In this document: piece after piece, positions 1-8,451 of the stretch
Layout of the letters: every line of letters begins with the position of its first letter
Position numbering within the stretch: the stretch's first letter is position 1
DNA from: a virus
Lineage: Duplodnaviria; Caudoviricetes
Strand: one strand, 5' to 3'
Length of the DNA: 64,000 bases
IMG/VR virus record: IMGVR_UViG_3300046819_000361
The notes under the pieces: model-generated
What the model was told of the DNA's origin: nothing
Database searches by the model: none
What the model saw: the letters and a program-made list of their open reading frames with translations, nothing else
Translations under genes and position numbers: made by a program

Positions 1-146
1 ACGATACATGGGAAGCTGATTATGATTTACAATTTGTTGACATAGTGAAAGCGGCTGTGTTATTATACAATCATGAGCTAATTGATTGGCTTCAATTACG
101 CGATATGTTACAGCAATTTGAAACTGATATTTAATGGAGTAGAAAG

Positions 147-569
147 ATGAGTATAGATTATAAAATAACCGTAATGATTCCATCTGATGTTGATCGTGTT
201 TTCAGTAGTGATGATGAGTTTAGAGAGGCGATTGCTCGAAGACTAACACACAGTACCGTTAGTGATATTTCATGTGGTAATATCATTGCTGAGTTTGATG
301 TACTTGCTTATGCTGAAACGGCAGAATTGGAATTAAACGAGTTAATGGAAGCATATCAAAGCAGTTATGACTTGCTGGTAGCGGATATTAAAAAGGTGTT
401 TTATGACATAGAAGAATTAGCGGCTTGTCATAATGTCAGTCGGATAAAACGAGTTTTATCAGGTATTGAAACAAGTCAAGCGTTTGTTACTTTCCTGATT
501 GACCAAACCGTAGCCTATGCTAATGAGCAAGCAAAAGCCAAAGGTGAATTTGATTACAATAACGATTGA
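147..569 (+). CDS. hypothetical early protein
   Basis: 140-aa ORF with GGAGTA RBS; TTGACA at 37-42 upstream; its TGA stop lies inside the next TTGACA. Confidence 0.75.
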   Translation: MSIDYKITVMIPSDVDRVFSSDDEFREAIARRLTHSTVSDISCGNIIAEFDVLAYAETAELELNELMEAYQSSYDLLVADIKKVFYDIEELAACHNVSRIKRVLSGIETSQAFVTFLIDQTVAYANEQAKAKGEFDYNND

Positions 570-623
570 CAGTGATTTGGGGTTATGTAATAATAACCCC
601 ATCTTAACGTGATGGAGCAGAAA

Positions 624-830
624 ATGAGTGAATTAAAAGAATATCAAGTAGTATGGCAAAATCAACCGCATTGCAATTATCCACGCAGAGTTGATTTTGT
701 AATGGCTGATAGTGAAGCCAATGCACGTAACGTGGTTACCGATCATATTAGACGAACTACTGGTCTGGTGATGACAACCATTCATAGTGTAGCATTATAT
801 GAAAAACCTACTGTTGGGTATGTAAAGTAG
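624..830 (+). CDS. hypothetical early protein
   Basis: ORF 609..830; start moved to ATG 624 after the GGAGCAG RBS. Confidence 0.7.
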   Translation: MSELKEYQVVWQNQPHCNYPRRVDFVMADSEANARNVVTDHIRRTTGLVMTTIHSVALYEKPTVGYVK

Positions 831-890
831 TTGACACTAGTTTGGGGTTATGTAATAATAGCCCCATCTTAACGTGATGGAGCAATCATA

Positions 891-1277
891 ATGATTATTA
901 AAACCACCGAATTGAGTGGGCTGGCGCTGGACTATGCTGTTGCCATGTGTGAATATCCACATCTGGTATACGGAGACACTATTGGATTGCACCATGCCTC
1001 GCACCAGCTTACTATCCCTGAATTTAAAGTGCCAGATTGTTTTTACAATCCATCAGTTAATTGGTCAGTGGGTGGTGTTATCGTTGAACGGGAACGTATC
1101 ACATTAGATGCACGGGAATCAGATTGGCAAGCTAGAATCTGGGATGATAGTATTGTTGATTTTATCGAAGTTGGCAAACGTGGTCCATACTGTAATACTG
1201 CATTAATAGCGGCTATGCGCTGTTATGTTACAAGTAAATTGGGTAATGAAGTTGAAATTCCTGATGAATTAGTTTGA
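891..1277 (+). CDS. phage NinX/DUF2591-like protein
   Basis: Motifs ELSGLALDYAVA, YNPSVNWSVGGVIVERERI, ALIAAMRCYVTSKLG..VEIPDEL. Confidence 0.7.
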   Translation: MIIKTTELSGLALDYAVAMCEYPHLVYGDTIGLHHASHQLTIPEFKVPDCFYNPSVNWSVGGVIVERERITLDARESDWQARIWDDSIVDFIEVGKRGPYCNTALIAAMRCYVTSKLGNEVEIPDELV

Positions 1278-1333
1278 CACCAGTTTGGGGTTATGTAATA
1301 ATAGTCCCATCTTAACACAGCGGAGCAAATGAA

Positions 1334-1561
1334 ATGACTGTAAGATTAGTAATTAGTATAGAATGCGGATCGGTTCAAGCGGTATATACCAACAACAAAG
1401 CTATCAAGGTTGATGTTGCAATCGTTGATTATGATTTTGAAGATGGTGATCTGGATGAAATTAAAACTGATGATTGTGGCAATGAGTACATTGGTAGACT
1501 TGAAACTACCTGCGAAGCGCAACCCTATGTAAATGAAGTATTTGAAAAACTATTAGCATAG
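1334..1561 (+). CDS. hypothetical early protein
   Basis: ORF preceded by module with GGAGCAAAT RBS. Confidence 0.7.
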   Translation: MTVRLVISIECGSVQAVYTNNKAIKVDVAIVDYDFEDGDLDEIKTDDCGNEYIGRLETTCEAQPYVNEVFEKLLA

Positions 1562-1619
1562 TTGACATTTAGTAAGAACCTAGTATAATAACCCAATATT
1601 AACACAGCGGAGCAAGGCG

Positions 1620-1880
1620 ATGATTGAAAGACAAATTGAGTTTAAAGAGTTATTGGAAATTTTAAATCAAGCTGAGGCTATTCAGTTCGATGGTTCATTG
1701 GTTTACCCAGCGGTATATGAAGATAAGTTTGAGGTCAGCCCATTAGATGATGATGAATCATTAATGATAGAAGCGGATGACATTGAAAATCTTTATATCA
1801 ATGATTACGGTAACATCGAATTTGAAATGGGTGATGATGTTTATATGATTTCAGTATTGGTTCGTAAAGAATTAGTTTGA
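1620..1880 (+). CDS. acidic hypothetical early protein
   Basis: ORF after TTGACA-16-TATAAT and GGAGCA RBS; D/E-rich. Confidence 0.7.
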   Translation: MIERQIEFKELLEILNQAEAIQFDGSLVYPAVYEDKFEVSPLDDDESLMIEADDIENLYINDYGNIEFEMGDDVYMISVLVRKELV

Positions 1881-2003
1881 CATTATTCTGGGGTTATGTA
1901 ATAATAATCCCATCTTTTAACTGGCCAACTAGGATGCGAGATGCATAAAATTAGAGATTCTACCGTAAATTAAACATAACCCCCAGTGCATAGAGGATTA
2001 AAG

Positions 2004-2033
2004 AAGATGGTAGCGATTCACTACCATCTTTTC
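2004..2033 (+). terminator. intrinsic terminator-like hairpin
   Basis: AAGATGGTAG-cgattca-CTACCATCTT followed by TT. Confidence 0.6.
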
Positions 2034-2114
2034 GAAAAAAGTAGTTGACACGATCAACCGGAGTGGTATAATGACCGCTCATTAACACACACTTAAACGG
2101 AAAAGGAAATAATT

Positions 2115-2303
2115 ATGTTAGTATTATCAAGAAAAGTTGGCGAAACTATTGTTATTGGTGATGATGTAACTGTAACGGTATTGGCGATCAATGGTGGACA
2201 AATTAAATTTGGTATTGCGGCACCGAAGGATGTATCGGTGCATAGACAGGAAATATATGAAAAGATTCAACGTGAAGGCGATTTGAGAGCAGAAAAGGTC
2301 TAG
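2115..2303 (+). CDS. csrA: carbon storage regulator CsrA/RsmA homologue
   Basis: [52 protein letters not shown] is a canonical CsrA sequence. Confidence 0.95.
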   Translation: MLVLSRKVGETIVIGDDVTVTVLAINGGQIKFGIAAPKDVSVHRQEIYEKIQREGDLRAEKV

Positions 2304-2361
2304 TTGACAAATCATTTCAGAGCCATTATTATGATGGCTCTATCAATTCATGGAGCGTATC

Positions 2362-2565
2362 ATGTCATTAACAAAAAAGCAATATCTGAGAGTTCACGGT
2401 GAAAAATGTCCACATTGTGAGAGTTTTAATTTAGAGGCTGGTCATACTGCCTTTGATGGATTTATTTTAACACAAGCGATCTATTGTAATGATTGTCATG
2501 CTGAATGGGATGATGAGTATGAAACAAAATTAAAAGGTTATGATAACCTAGAGGTTAAAGAATAA
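2362..2565 (+). CDS. small zinc-ribbon protein
   Basis: CPHC...CNDC; start moved to the ATG after GGAGCG. Confidence 0.65.
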   Translation: MSLTKKQYLRVHGEKCPHCESFNLEAGHTAFDGFILTQAIYCNDCHAEWDDEYETKLKGYDNLEVKE

Positions 2566-2729
2566 TGGCGATTTATAAGCGTGTAGCGTGGAATGTGATT
2601 GAAAATGGTATTGTTAGGGATACTGTATTCTTTCCAGCGAGTTTTGATGAGAAATCAATCAAGCGTAGTTTGATTTTGAATTATGGATACAAAGGGAATT
2701 TCACAGTAGTTAAAAAATAATAATTTGAG

Positions 2730-2966
2730 GTGTATATGGAGATACTGCAAATAGATGAAACCGAATTAGAAGATTCAGAGGTTATCATGGAAACTAAAGA
2801 TAATGATGTAATTAAGAAGGTTTTTTGGGAAGTTTATCTTGACAACAAGTTGGTTGATACTGTATTATATGACAGTCAATTAACAGATAAACAGGTAAGA
2901 TGTCGATTGATTACGATTGATGGTTATCCATCAGATATTACAGTTTCGTTATTGGAGGTTGCATGA
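2730..2966 (+). CDS. hypothetical protein
   Basis: 78-aa ORF, co-oriented with the early array. Confidence 0.55.
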   Translation: MYMEILQIDETELEDSEVIMETKDNDVIKKVFWEVYLDNKLVDTVLYDSQLTDKQVRCRLITIDGYPSDITVSLLEVA

Positions 2967-3195
2967 TTGTGTATTCCATGATAGTATTATTCGTTATTGG
3001 TTTTTTGATTGGTCAATATTTCAGGGGGTAATATGTTTCAAGTCTATATTAATGGCACTACCAGTTTATTTCCATTTTTAAAGATGGCGAAAGCATTTGC
3101 AAAAGCATCAGGTGTTTGGTATTATATAGCTGATGGGTTTGAAATCATTTGGACCCAAGATGATGACATTATGGAAGTATTGAAGGCTGACAACT

Positions 3196-3936
3196 TCAAA
3201 TAAGTTTATTGCTCTTTTTAAGATTGTCTATAGCCCACAGTGGTTGGAAATTTGTATAATGATTGAGTCGGATAAGGTCAGCTTCGTCAATTGCTGATGA
3301 CACTGGAATGATATGGTCTAAATGCCATTCAGCCCGATTTTCCCAAGACATACCCGATGCAAATTGTGCCTCAATATGAAGTTTGAAATCTTCATATGAA
3401 CATCCTAATATCTCGTGGGTTTTAGATTTTTTTGAATACCCGTTATTACGGAATGAACTACCAATTCGTGATCTTAAAGTTTTTCGTAGTTTAAATAATG
3501 GATCGGTTGAACAACGTACGGATTCTTTTTCAGATATGGTTTTACGATTTAGTTTAACACGTTGTCTTACTTTTTCTTTATTATTAGCATACCATACATT
3601 TGATTTATTACGGTAATGTTCTGAATTTAATTGACGATATTCTTTATCTCGAATAGATGTACACGATTTGCAGATTGATTTGAATCCATCTTTAGAATAG
3701 CTAGATTTATGAAAAGTATCGGTGGGCAGTACGTTATCACATTTTACACAATGCTTATATCCTACTTGTATTATAGATTCGCTTCTGTTATACTTTACAT
3801 CGTTATAGCGTCTATCACAGTTTTTACACATTGATCTAACACCATGTTTACCATATTTGTTTTTACTAAATTGGTCAATTGCTAAACTCTGATTACATTT
3901 TTTACAATGCTTGTGAATTGGTTGATAAATATCCAT
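3196..3936 (-). CDS. HNH homing endonuclease with N-terminal CxxC zinc-finger repeats
   Basis: WHLDHIIPV...NHYTNFQPLWAIDNLKKSN HNH core; two CxxC...CxxC units. Confidence 0.9.
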   Translation of the reverse strand: MDIYQPIHKHCKKCNQSLAIDQFSKNKYGKHGVRSMCKNCDRRYNDVKYNRSESIIQVGYKHCVKCDNVLPTDTFHKSSYSKDGFKSICKSCTSIRDKEYRQLNSEHYRNKSNVWYANNKEKVRQRVKLNRKTISEKESVRCSTDPLFKLRKTLRSRIGSSFRNNGYSKKSKTHEILGCSYEDFKLHIEAQFASGMSWENRAEWHLDHIIPVSSAIDEADLIRLNHYTNFQPLWAIDNLKKSNKLI

Positions 3937-4009
3937 GCTGATAGTTCCTTATAAACTGTTAGAGTAGTTGGGACTGTCAATCCGCGAACTACTTTTTATT
4001 TAGCTTTTT

Positions 4010-4231
4010 ATGAATGACAAACAAAAAACATTTCAATCTGATGCTGAGTTAATGCAGGCATTACTAGATGGTCAAGAATTACAATCAGTATATAACAACG
4101 GGTTTATTAAGTTGGATACTAATGGTAATTTGATATTTATTAAAAAACATTGGCAATATATAAATCGTCGAGATTGGCTAATAAATAAGCCGGAGGATGA
4201 TGAAGGTGGAGCGACCGAGAATAAAGATTGA
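4010..4231 (+). CDS. hypothetical protein
   Basis: 73-aa ORF whose TGA stop overlaps TTGACA. Confidence 0.55.
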   Translation: MNDKQKTFQSDAELMQALLDGQELQSVYNNGFIKLDTNGNLIFIKKHWQYINRRDWLINKPEDDEGGATENKD

Positions 4232-4535
4232 CAAAGGTATCTGGATCTGCGAAGATATTGAAGGTAATACAGGAAAAGGCAGAACACCACGAGAAGCGTG
4301 GTATGAATATAAAATAAAAATTGTTGACAAGATAATGGAGCTGGTGTATAATAATGAAACATTTAGTTGAAGGCATGGCGGTAGTATTGTTATTGGGCAT
4401 ATGTGTAGTATTATATGCAGAGCGCCAGCGAAGACTACCAATGCCAGATAAGCATACGGTGGAAGTTGAGCAGGTTGAAGATAAGCAACCGCCTATGTAC
4501 ATAATGCAACCAGTAAGATCAAAATAGGAATAACC

Positions 4536-4745
4536 ATGACCAACGTACCAGAAGATTCAATGTTAAGACGACATTATTTAACCGAGTTAAGAAACAAACA
4601 AACTGCCAATTTCGATGCCTTTATTAGTGCGACTAAAACGGTATTAGAGCCGGAGAGTGAAGTACATTATTATCCATTTTGGAGTAATGCAGTATTATTA
4701 CCTTTGATTGGTTTTGTATTCATGATGTGTGTAGTATTCCTATGA
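4536..4745 (+). CDS. small membrane protein
   Basis: AGGA RBS; hydrophobic C-terminus. Confidence 0.6.
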   Translation: MTNVPEDSMLRRHYLTELRNKQTANFDAFISATKTVLEPESEVHYYPFWSNAVLLPLIGFVFMMCVVFL

Positions 4746-4958
4746 AACAATGGCATAATGGATTATTAGAAGATATATTAATGGTTATTTCAGCATTGAT
4801 GCCATTAGTAATGACTACAGGATTAGTTTGGTTGCTTTATCTTGTATTACAATGAAAGAGTTCTTTAACAATTTGGGAATATCGATCATACTTACATTAG
4901 TAACGGTATTAGTAGTATCATTGCTTTATGCTCTTATATTTAAGACTTGAGGATTCTA

Positions 4959-5312
4959 ATGGATGATCAATTAGAAAAAAGAAAACAAGAAATCATGCAA
5001 GCGTATGAAGCAAGTAATGATAAAGCGGCATTTGAAGCGGCAATCCATGAAATTGGTGATTTGTCAAGGAAAATGACTGAAATAGTCAAAACTGCTCGAA
5101 AAAGAATGATTGACAAAGGATTATTGGAAGCCACTGATGAAGATGCAGGAATTAACATGGAAACACAACTTAAAGAAAAAATCGGTGATACTGTCAATGG
5201 TGAATCTATAACAAGCATTCAGCAAGATGAATATAACAACTGGGTTGACATCCATAATTCAGCTATAAGATTGAATGAATTACTAGACAAATTGAAAGTA
5301 ACACCAAAATGA
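4959..5312 (+). CDS. hypothetical protein
   Basis: GAGGA RBS before ATG 4959; helical composition. Confidence 0.65.
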   Translation: MDDQLEKRKQEIMQAYEASNDKAAFEAAIHEIGDLSRKMTEIVKTARKRMIDKGLLEATDEDAGINMETQLKEKIGDTVNGESITSIQQDEYNNWVDIHNSAIRLNELLDKLKVTPK

Positions 5313-5587
5313 AAATTTCTGAAATATTAGACGCTGAAAATAGCATCGATGATATGCTTGATTCGATAAAGTTTTCCTCATTGCCGACTATCGATAAATT
5401 TATCGATAATATATTAGGATTTACTAATAATTTTAATGTACCAGTCGATGTATTTAATGATGAATTAATTCAAGAAATGTTAGATGAGGCAACTCATCTA
5501 AAATCGGTATTAGAAAAAGAATTTGATGATGGTTCTAGGTGGATTGTAAAGATAAATGCTGTAATTGCATATCTATCTGGTAATTAA
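5309..5587 (+). CDS. hypothetical protein with MKIxEI N-terminus
   Basis: ATGA overlap with upstream gene; starts MKISEILD. Confidence 0.6.
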   Translation: MKISEILDAENSIDDMLDSIKFSSLPTIDKFIDNILGFTNNFNVPVDVFNDELIQEMLDEATHLKSVLEKEFDDGSRWIVKINAVIAYLSGN

Positions 5588-5624
5588 ACTTGATAAGTAA
5601 GAAAATTGTAGTATAATGTAATTC

Positions 5625-5712
5625 ATCATGATAAGCCTCTTAACAATGCTCAAACCGATCATGATTAAAAAACCCTATCATGCCTCTTGACAATGCACAA
5701 ACTGATAGGGTT
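5625..5712 (+). ncRNA. candidate two-hairpin small RNA with near-identical 21-nt loop sequences
   Basis: Downstream of TTGATA-16-TATAAT (5590-5617); loop sequences GCCTCTTAACAATGCTCAAAC and GCCTCTTGACAATGCACAAAC are closed by different stems. Confidence 0.45.
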
Positions 5713-5778
5713 AAAATAAAGATTGACAATGTAGTAAAATGTAGTATAATAAATAACATATAAATTAGAGTGTTTTGT

Positions 5779-5852
5779 GGATCTATAATTTAAACGGAAA
5801 AAATACTCGACTCATAATCGATGAGATTTCGGATCATACCCGAATGGATCCA
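5779..5852 (+). tRNA. tRNA(CAU)-like element, Ile2/Met type, atypical
   Basis: Acceptor GGATCTA/TGGATCC, D-arm ATTT/AAAT with GG, anticodon arm TCGA-CTCATAA-TCGA, T-arm TTCGG-ATCATAC-CCGAA; no CCA; promoter TTGACA-16-TATAAT at 5723-5750. Confidence 0.65.
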
Positions 5853-5865
5853 CAAAACACTTTAA

Positions 5866-6023
5866 AATCAACAACTTACGAAAAATTGCCCTTCCTACGT
5901 GAATAGAATGGGCAATGATACTGCAAAAACAATTTCATGCAACACTTTTTTAGTTAAGTTATTGATTTATAAGGAAAAAGTGATTTAAGTGAATTCATTT
6001 TCCTTACATGTAAGTCATTGATT
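5866..6023. promoter_or_regulatory. three IHF-consensus sites (WATCAANNNNTTR)
   Basis: AATCAACAACTTA 5866-5878 (+); AATCAATAACTTA 5955-5967 (-); AATCAATGACTTA 6011-6023 (-). Confidence 0.5.
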
Positions 6024-6036
6024 TTTATAGAGTTTT

Positions 6037-6801
6037 TTATCTAGTAATTCTTGATTGAATGAGTTTATCATACAATGGATGATTTAACGAATCTTCTGTT
6101 ATTGTATCACTTTTGATGATATTATCAATAGCCCATAATGGTCTTAAATTAGTATAATGATTTAACATTATTATTTCATGTTCCGATTGAGCAAACGCAA
6201 TTGGTATAATGTGGTCAATATGCCATTCACCATTAGTAGACCATGTCATGCCTTCTAAAAACTGCTTTTCAATATGTGTTTTAAACTCATCATAACTACA
6301 ACCTAATATCTCATAAGTTATAGATGTCTTTTTATATCCATTTCTAGTTATTGAACTCTTAATAAGAACTCTTATTCTTTTTCTTATTTGATATAACGTA
6401 TCAGTCAACATTCTTTCTTTATGACGAAGTGAGCGCTGTTTATTATACATATCTGTATTAGCTAATCTATATTGTTTTATCTTGTCTTTATTGGCAATAT
6501 AGTGTTCTTTTTTGTATTCTGCAATTTTGTCTTTATTGGCAATATAGTGTTCTTTTTTGTATTCTGCAATTTTGTTTTTATTAGATTGGTAATAAAGTTT
6601 ACTGTTGTCTTTATTAGTTTTATAATACAATTTACATGTTTCTTTTCTTTTTGAATGATTGGCTAAAACGTATTCTTTTGAACATGATTTGCATTGGTAT
6701 TTGTAACCATCTTTAGTATTTTTATCTTTATAAAAATTTTCTATTGACTTTGTAGTGTTGCATTTGTTACAATGCTTCTGATGTATTGGATAAATACCCA
6801 T
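6037..6801 (-). CDS. HNH homing endonuclease
   Basis: WHIDHIIPI...NHYTNLRPLWAIDNIIKSD; N-terminal CxxC; internal KIAEYKKEHYIAN duplication; paralog of 3196..3936. Confidence 0.9.
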   Translation of the reverse strand: MGIYPIHQKHCNKCNTTKSIENFYKDKNTKDGYKYQCKSCSKEYVLANHSKRKETCKLYYKTNKDNSKLYYQSNKNKIAEYKKEHYIANKDKIAEYKKEHYIANKDKIKQYRLANTDMYNKQRSLRHKERMLTDTLYQIRKRIRVLIKSSITRNGYKKTSITYEILGCSYDEFKTHIEKQFLEGMTWSTNGEWHIDHIIPIAFAQSEHEIIMLNHYTNLRPLWAIDNIIKSDTITEDSLNHPLYDKLIQSRITR

Positions 6802-6964
6802 GTGATGACCTCCTAGTCGTTACTGCCAATGGGTATTCCACTACCGCGATTGGCTTTTTTTGTGCTTTGTATTTATCTTTATGCTTGACAATAGTATGAA
6901 TTATTGATACTATACAACTCTTAAAAAATATTATTTTAATAGGCAACTGTAAAGGGAACTTTGA

Positions 6965-7756
6965 ATGAAAGATATAGAAACTGATGATCAAATAATTGAA
7001 CGACTACGAGTGAGATTTGAATGTCTCGAAGATATGACACGAGCAGTAAAAGGTGGTAAGGTCAGATCAATGATAGTATCTGGTAGTCCAGGTGTTGGCA
7101 AATCATTTGGTATTGAAAAAGTATTAGGGTATCATGATTTATTTGCAACTATTGCGAACGATCAATCATTGAAAAAATATGAAATCGTAAAAGGTGCAAT
7201 GTCACCATTAGGATTATATGTTAAATTACATCAATTCAAAAATGACAAAAATGTTCTAGTAATTGATGATTGTGATAATATCTATAGCGATGAACAATCA
7301 TTAAATTTATTAAAAACGTGTTTGGATACTGGAAAGAAACGAGTAGTAAGCTGGAATTATGATAGCTATAAATTGAAAGACGAAGGTGTACCAAATTCGT
7401 TTGAATTTAATGGCGGTATCATATTCATTACTAATGTTGATTTTGATCACGTTAAAAGTAGAAAGATAAAAAGCCATTTAAAAGCATTGGAAAGCAGATG
7501 TCATTTTATCAACTTAACTTGTCATTCCAATAGAGAAAAGTTATTGAGAATTAGACAAATTGTTAATGATGGGATGTTAGATGGTCATGGCATAGATAAT
7601 GAAAAAAAGCTTGACGTAGTTGATTTTATATGCGATAATCATACTGCATTACGAGAATTATCATTAAGAACTGTTATTAAAGCTGCTGATTTGGCTAGTT
7701 CTTTTCCAGATCGATGGAAGGACGTAGCTAAAATAACATTAATGAAAAGTCGTTAA
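6965..7756 (+). CDS. P-loop (AAA+-like) ATPase
   Basis: Walker A GSPGVGKS, Walker B VLVIDDCD, ALESR arginine-finger-like motif; own promoter TTGACA-17-TACTAT at 6885-6913. Confidence 0.8.
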   Translation: MKDIETDDQIIERLRVRFECLEDMTRAVKGGKVRSMIVSGSPGVGKSFGIEKVLGYHDLFATIANDQSLKKYEIVKGAMSPLGLYVKLHQFKNDKNVLVIDDCDNIYSDEQSLNLLKTCLDTGKKRVVSWNYDSYKLKDEGVPNSFEFNGGIIFITNVDFDHVKSRKIKSHLKALESRCHFINLTCHSNREKLLRIRQIVNDGMLDGHGIDNEKKLDVVDFICDNHTALRELSLRTVIKAADLASSFPDRWKDVAKITLMKSR

Positions 7757-7762
7757 AGATTC

Positions 7763-7955
7763 GCCAAATATTACCCATGCTCCGGTAATATTTGGCAATA
7801 CCCCTGCTCCTGACGCAACTGCTCCTGCGATCAGTTGAGCAACCCTAGGCATTCAATATTATATATCATTTGCTCCGGTAATTAATATTGAATCGCTACT
7901 ACCCCTCAACCCCTATTAGTATATCATTTGCTCCGGTATGCTAATAGGGGTTTTT
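7763..7955 (+). ncRNA. candidate four-hairpin RNA displaying UGCUCC (anti-GGAGCA) loops; last hairpin doubles as terminator
   Basis: Stems 7763-7796, 7805-7841, 7851-7893, 7908-7952 with loops CATGCTCC, ACTGCTCC, ATTTGCTCC, ATTTGCTCC; G-U pairs and terminal U-tract indicate + strand. Confidence 0.75.
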
Positions 7956-8016
7956 CTACTTGACAACCCAGATTGCTAGCTGTATCATGTACACATCATA
8001 ACGCGGAGTATTAAGT

Positions 8017-8247
8017 ATGTTAACATTTAATCTAAATGGCAATATCTTGGAAGTCATCGAAACTACTATGACATTCCATCAAGACTTGAAATCATATTGG
8101 TATTATGATCTAGTGAGCTGGCGCAAATCAAGCACTGGTAGACAAGGTGCGATGATCGACCGCGATATTGAGCCTTGGCAGATTGAATGGATTAAAAAAC
8201 ATTATTATTCAAAAGTCGGGTTGACATCAGATTTGGGTGCTGTATAA
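8017..8247 (+). CDS. hypothetical early protein
   Basis: Module promoter at 7960, GGAGTA RBS. Confidence 0.65.
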   Translation: MLTFNLNGNILEVIETTMTFHQDLKSYWYYDLVSWRKSSTGRQGAMIDRDIEPWQIEWIKKHYYSKVGLTSDLGAV

Positions 8248-8274
8248 TACAACCATCTTAAGAAGGAGCGAAGT

Positions 8275-8451
8275 ATGAACACTTACACAGTTATCTTATC
8301 TTATCACAATGGCAAACGTTCGTTTGTTGATAAGATTTTTAAAAACATCACGGCTGATAACCTTATTCAAGCTGGTGAATTGGCATTAGCCAATTGGAAT
8401 AAACCGGATGCAGTTATCAATATGTGCTGGCTCAACTGGAGTAAAGCATGA
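8275..8451 (+). CDS. small early protein (not in ORF track)
   Basis: 58 aa MNTYTVILSYHNGKRSF...; promoter at 8221, AGGAGCG RBS. Confidence 0.6.
   Translation: MNTYTVILSYHNGKRSFVDKIFKNITADNLIQAGELALANWNKPDAVINMCWLNWSKA

Noticed and set aside
4228-4260. Promoter module at TTGACA 4228
   Set aside because: No credible -10 hexamer or hairpin at 16-18 bp; the convincing promoter is at 4324.
7763-7955. CsrB/RsmZ-like CsrA sponge on the - strand (GGAGCA in hairpin loops)
   Set aside because: Attractive given csrA, but G-U pairs in stems 3 and 4 become A-C mismatches on the - strand, the U-tract is on +, and I saw no - strand promoter. Kept only as a less likely alternative.
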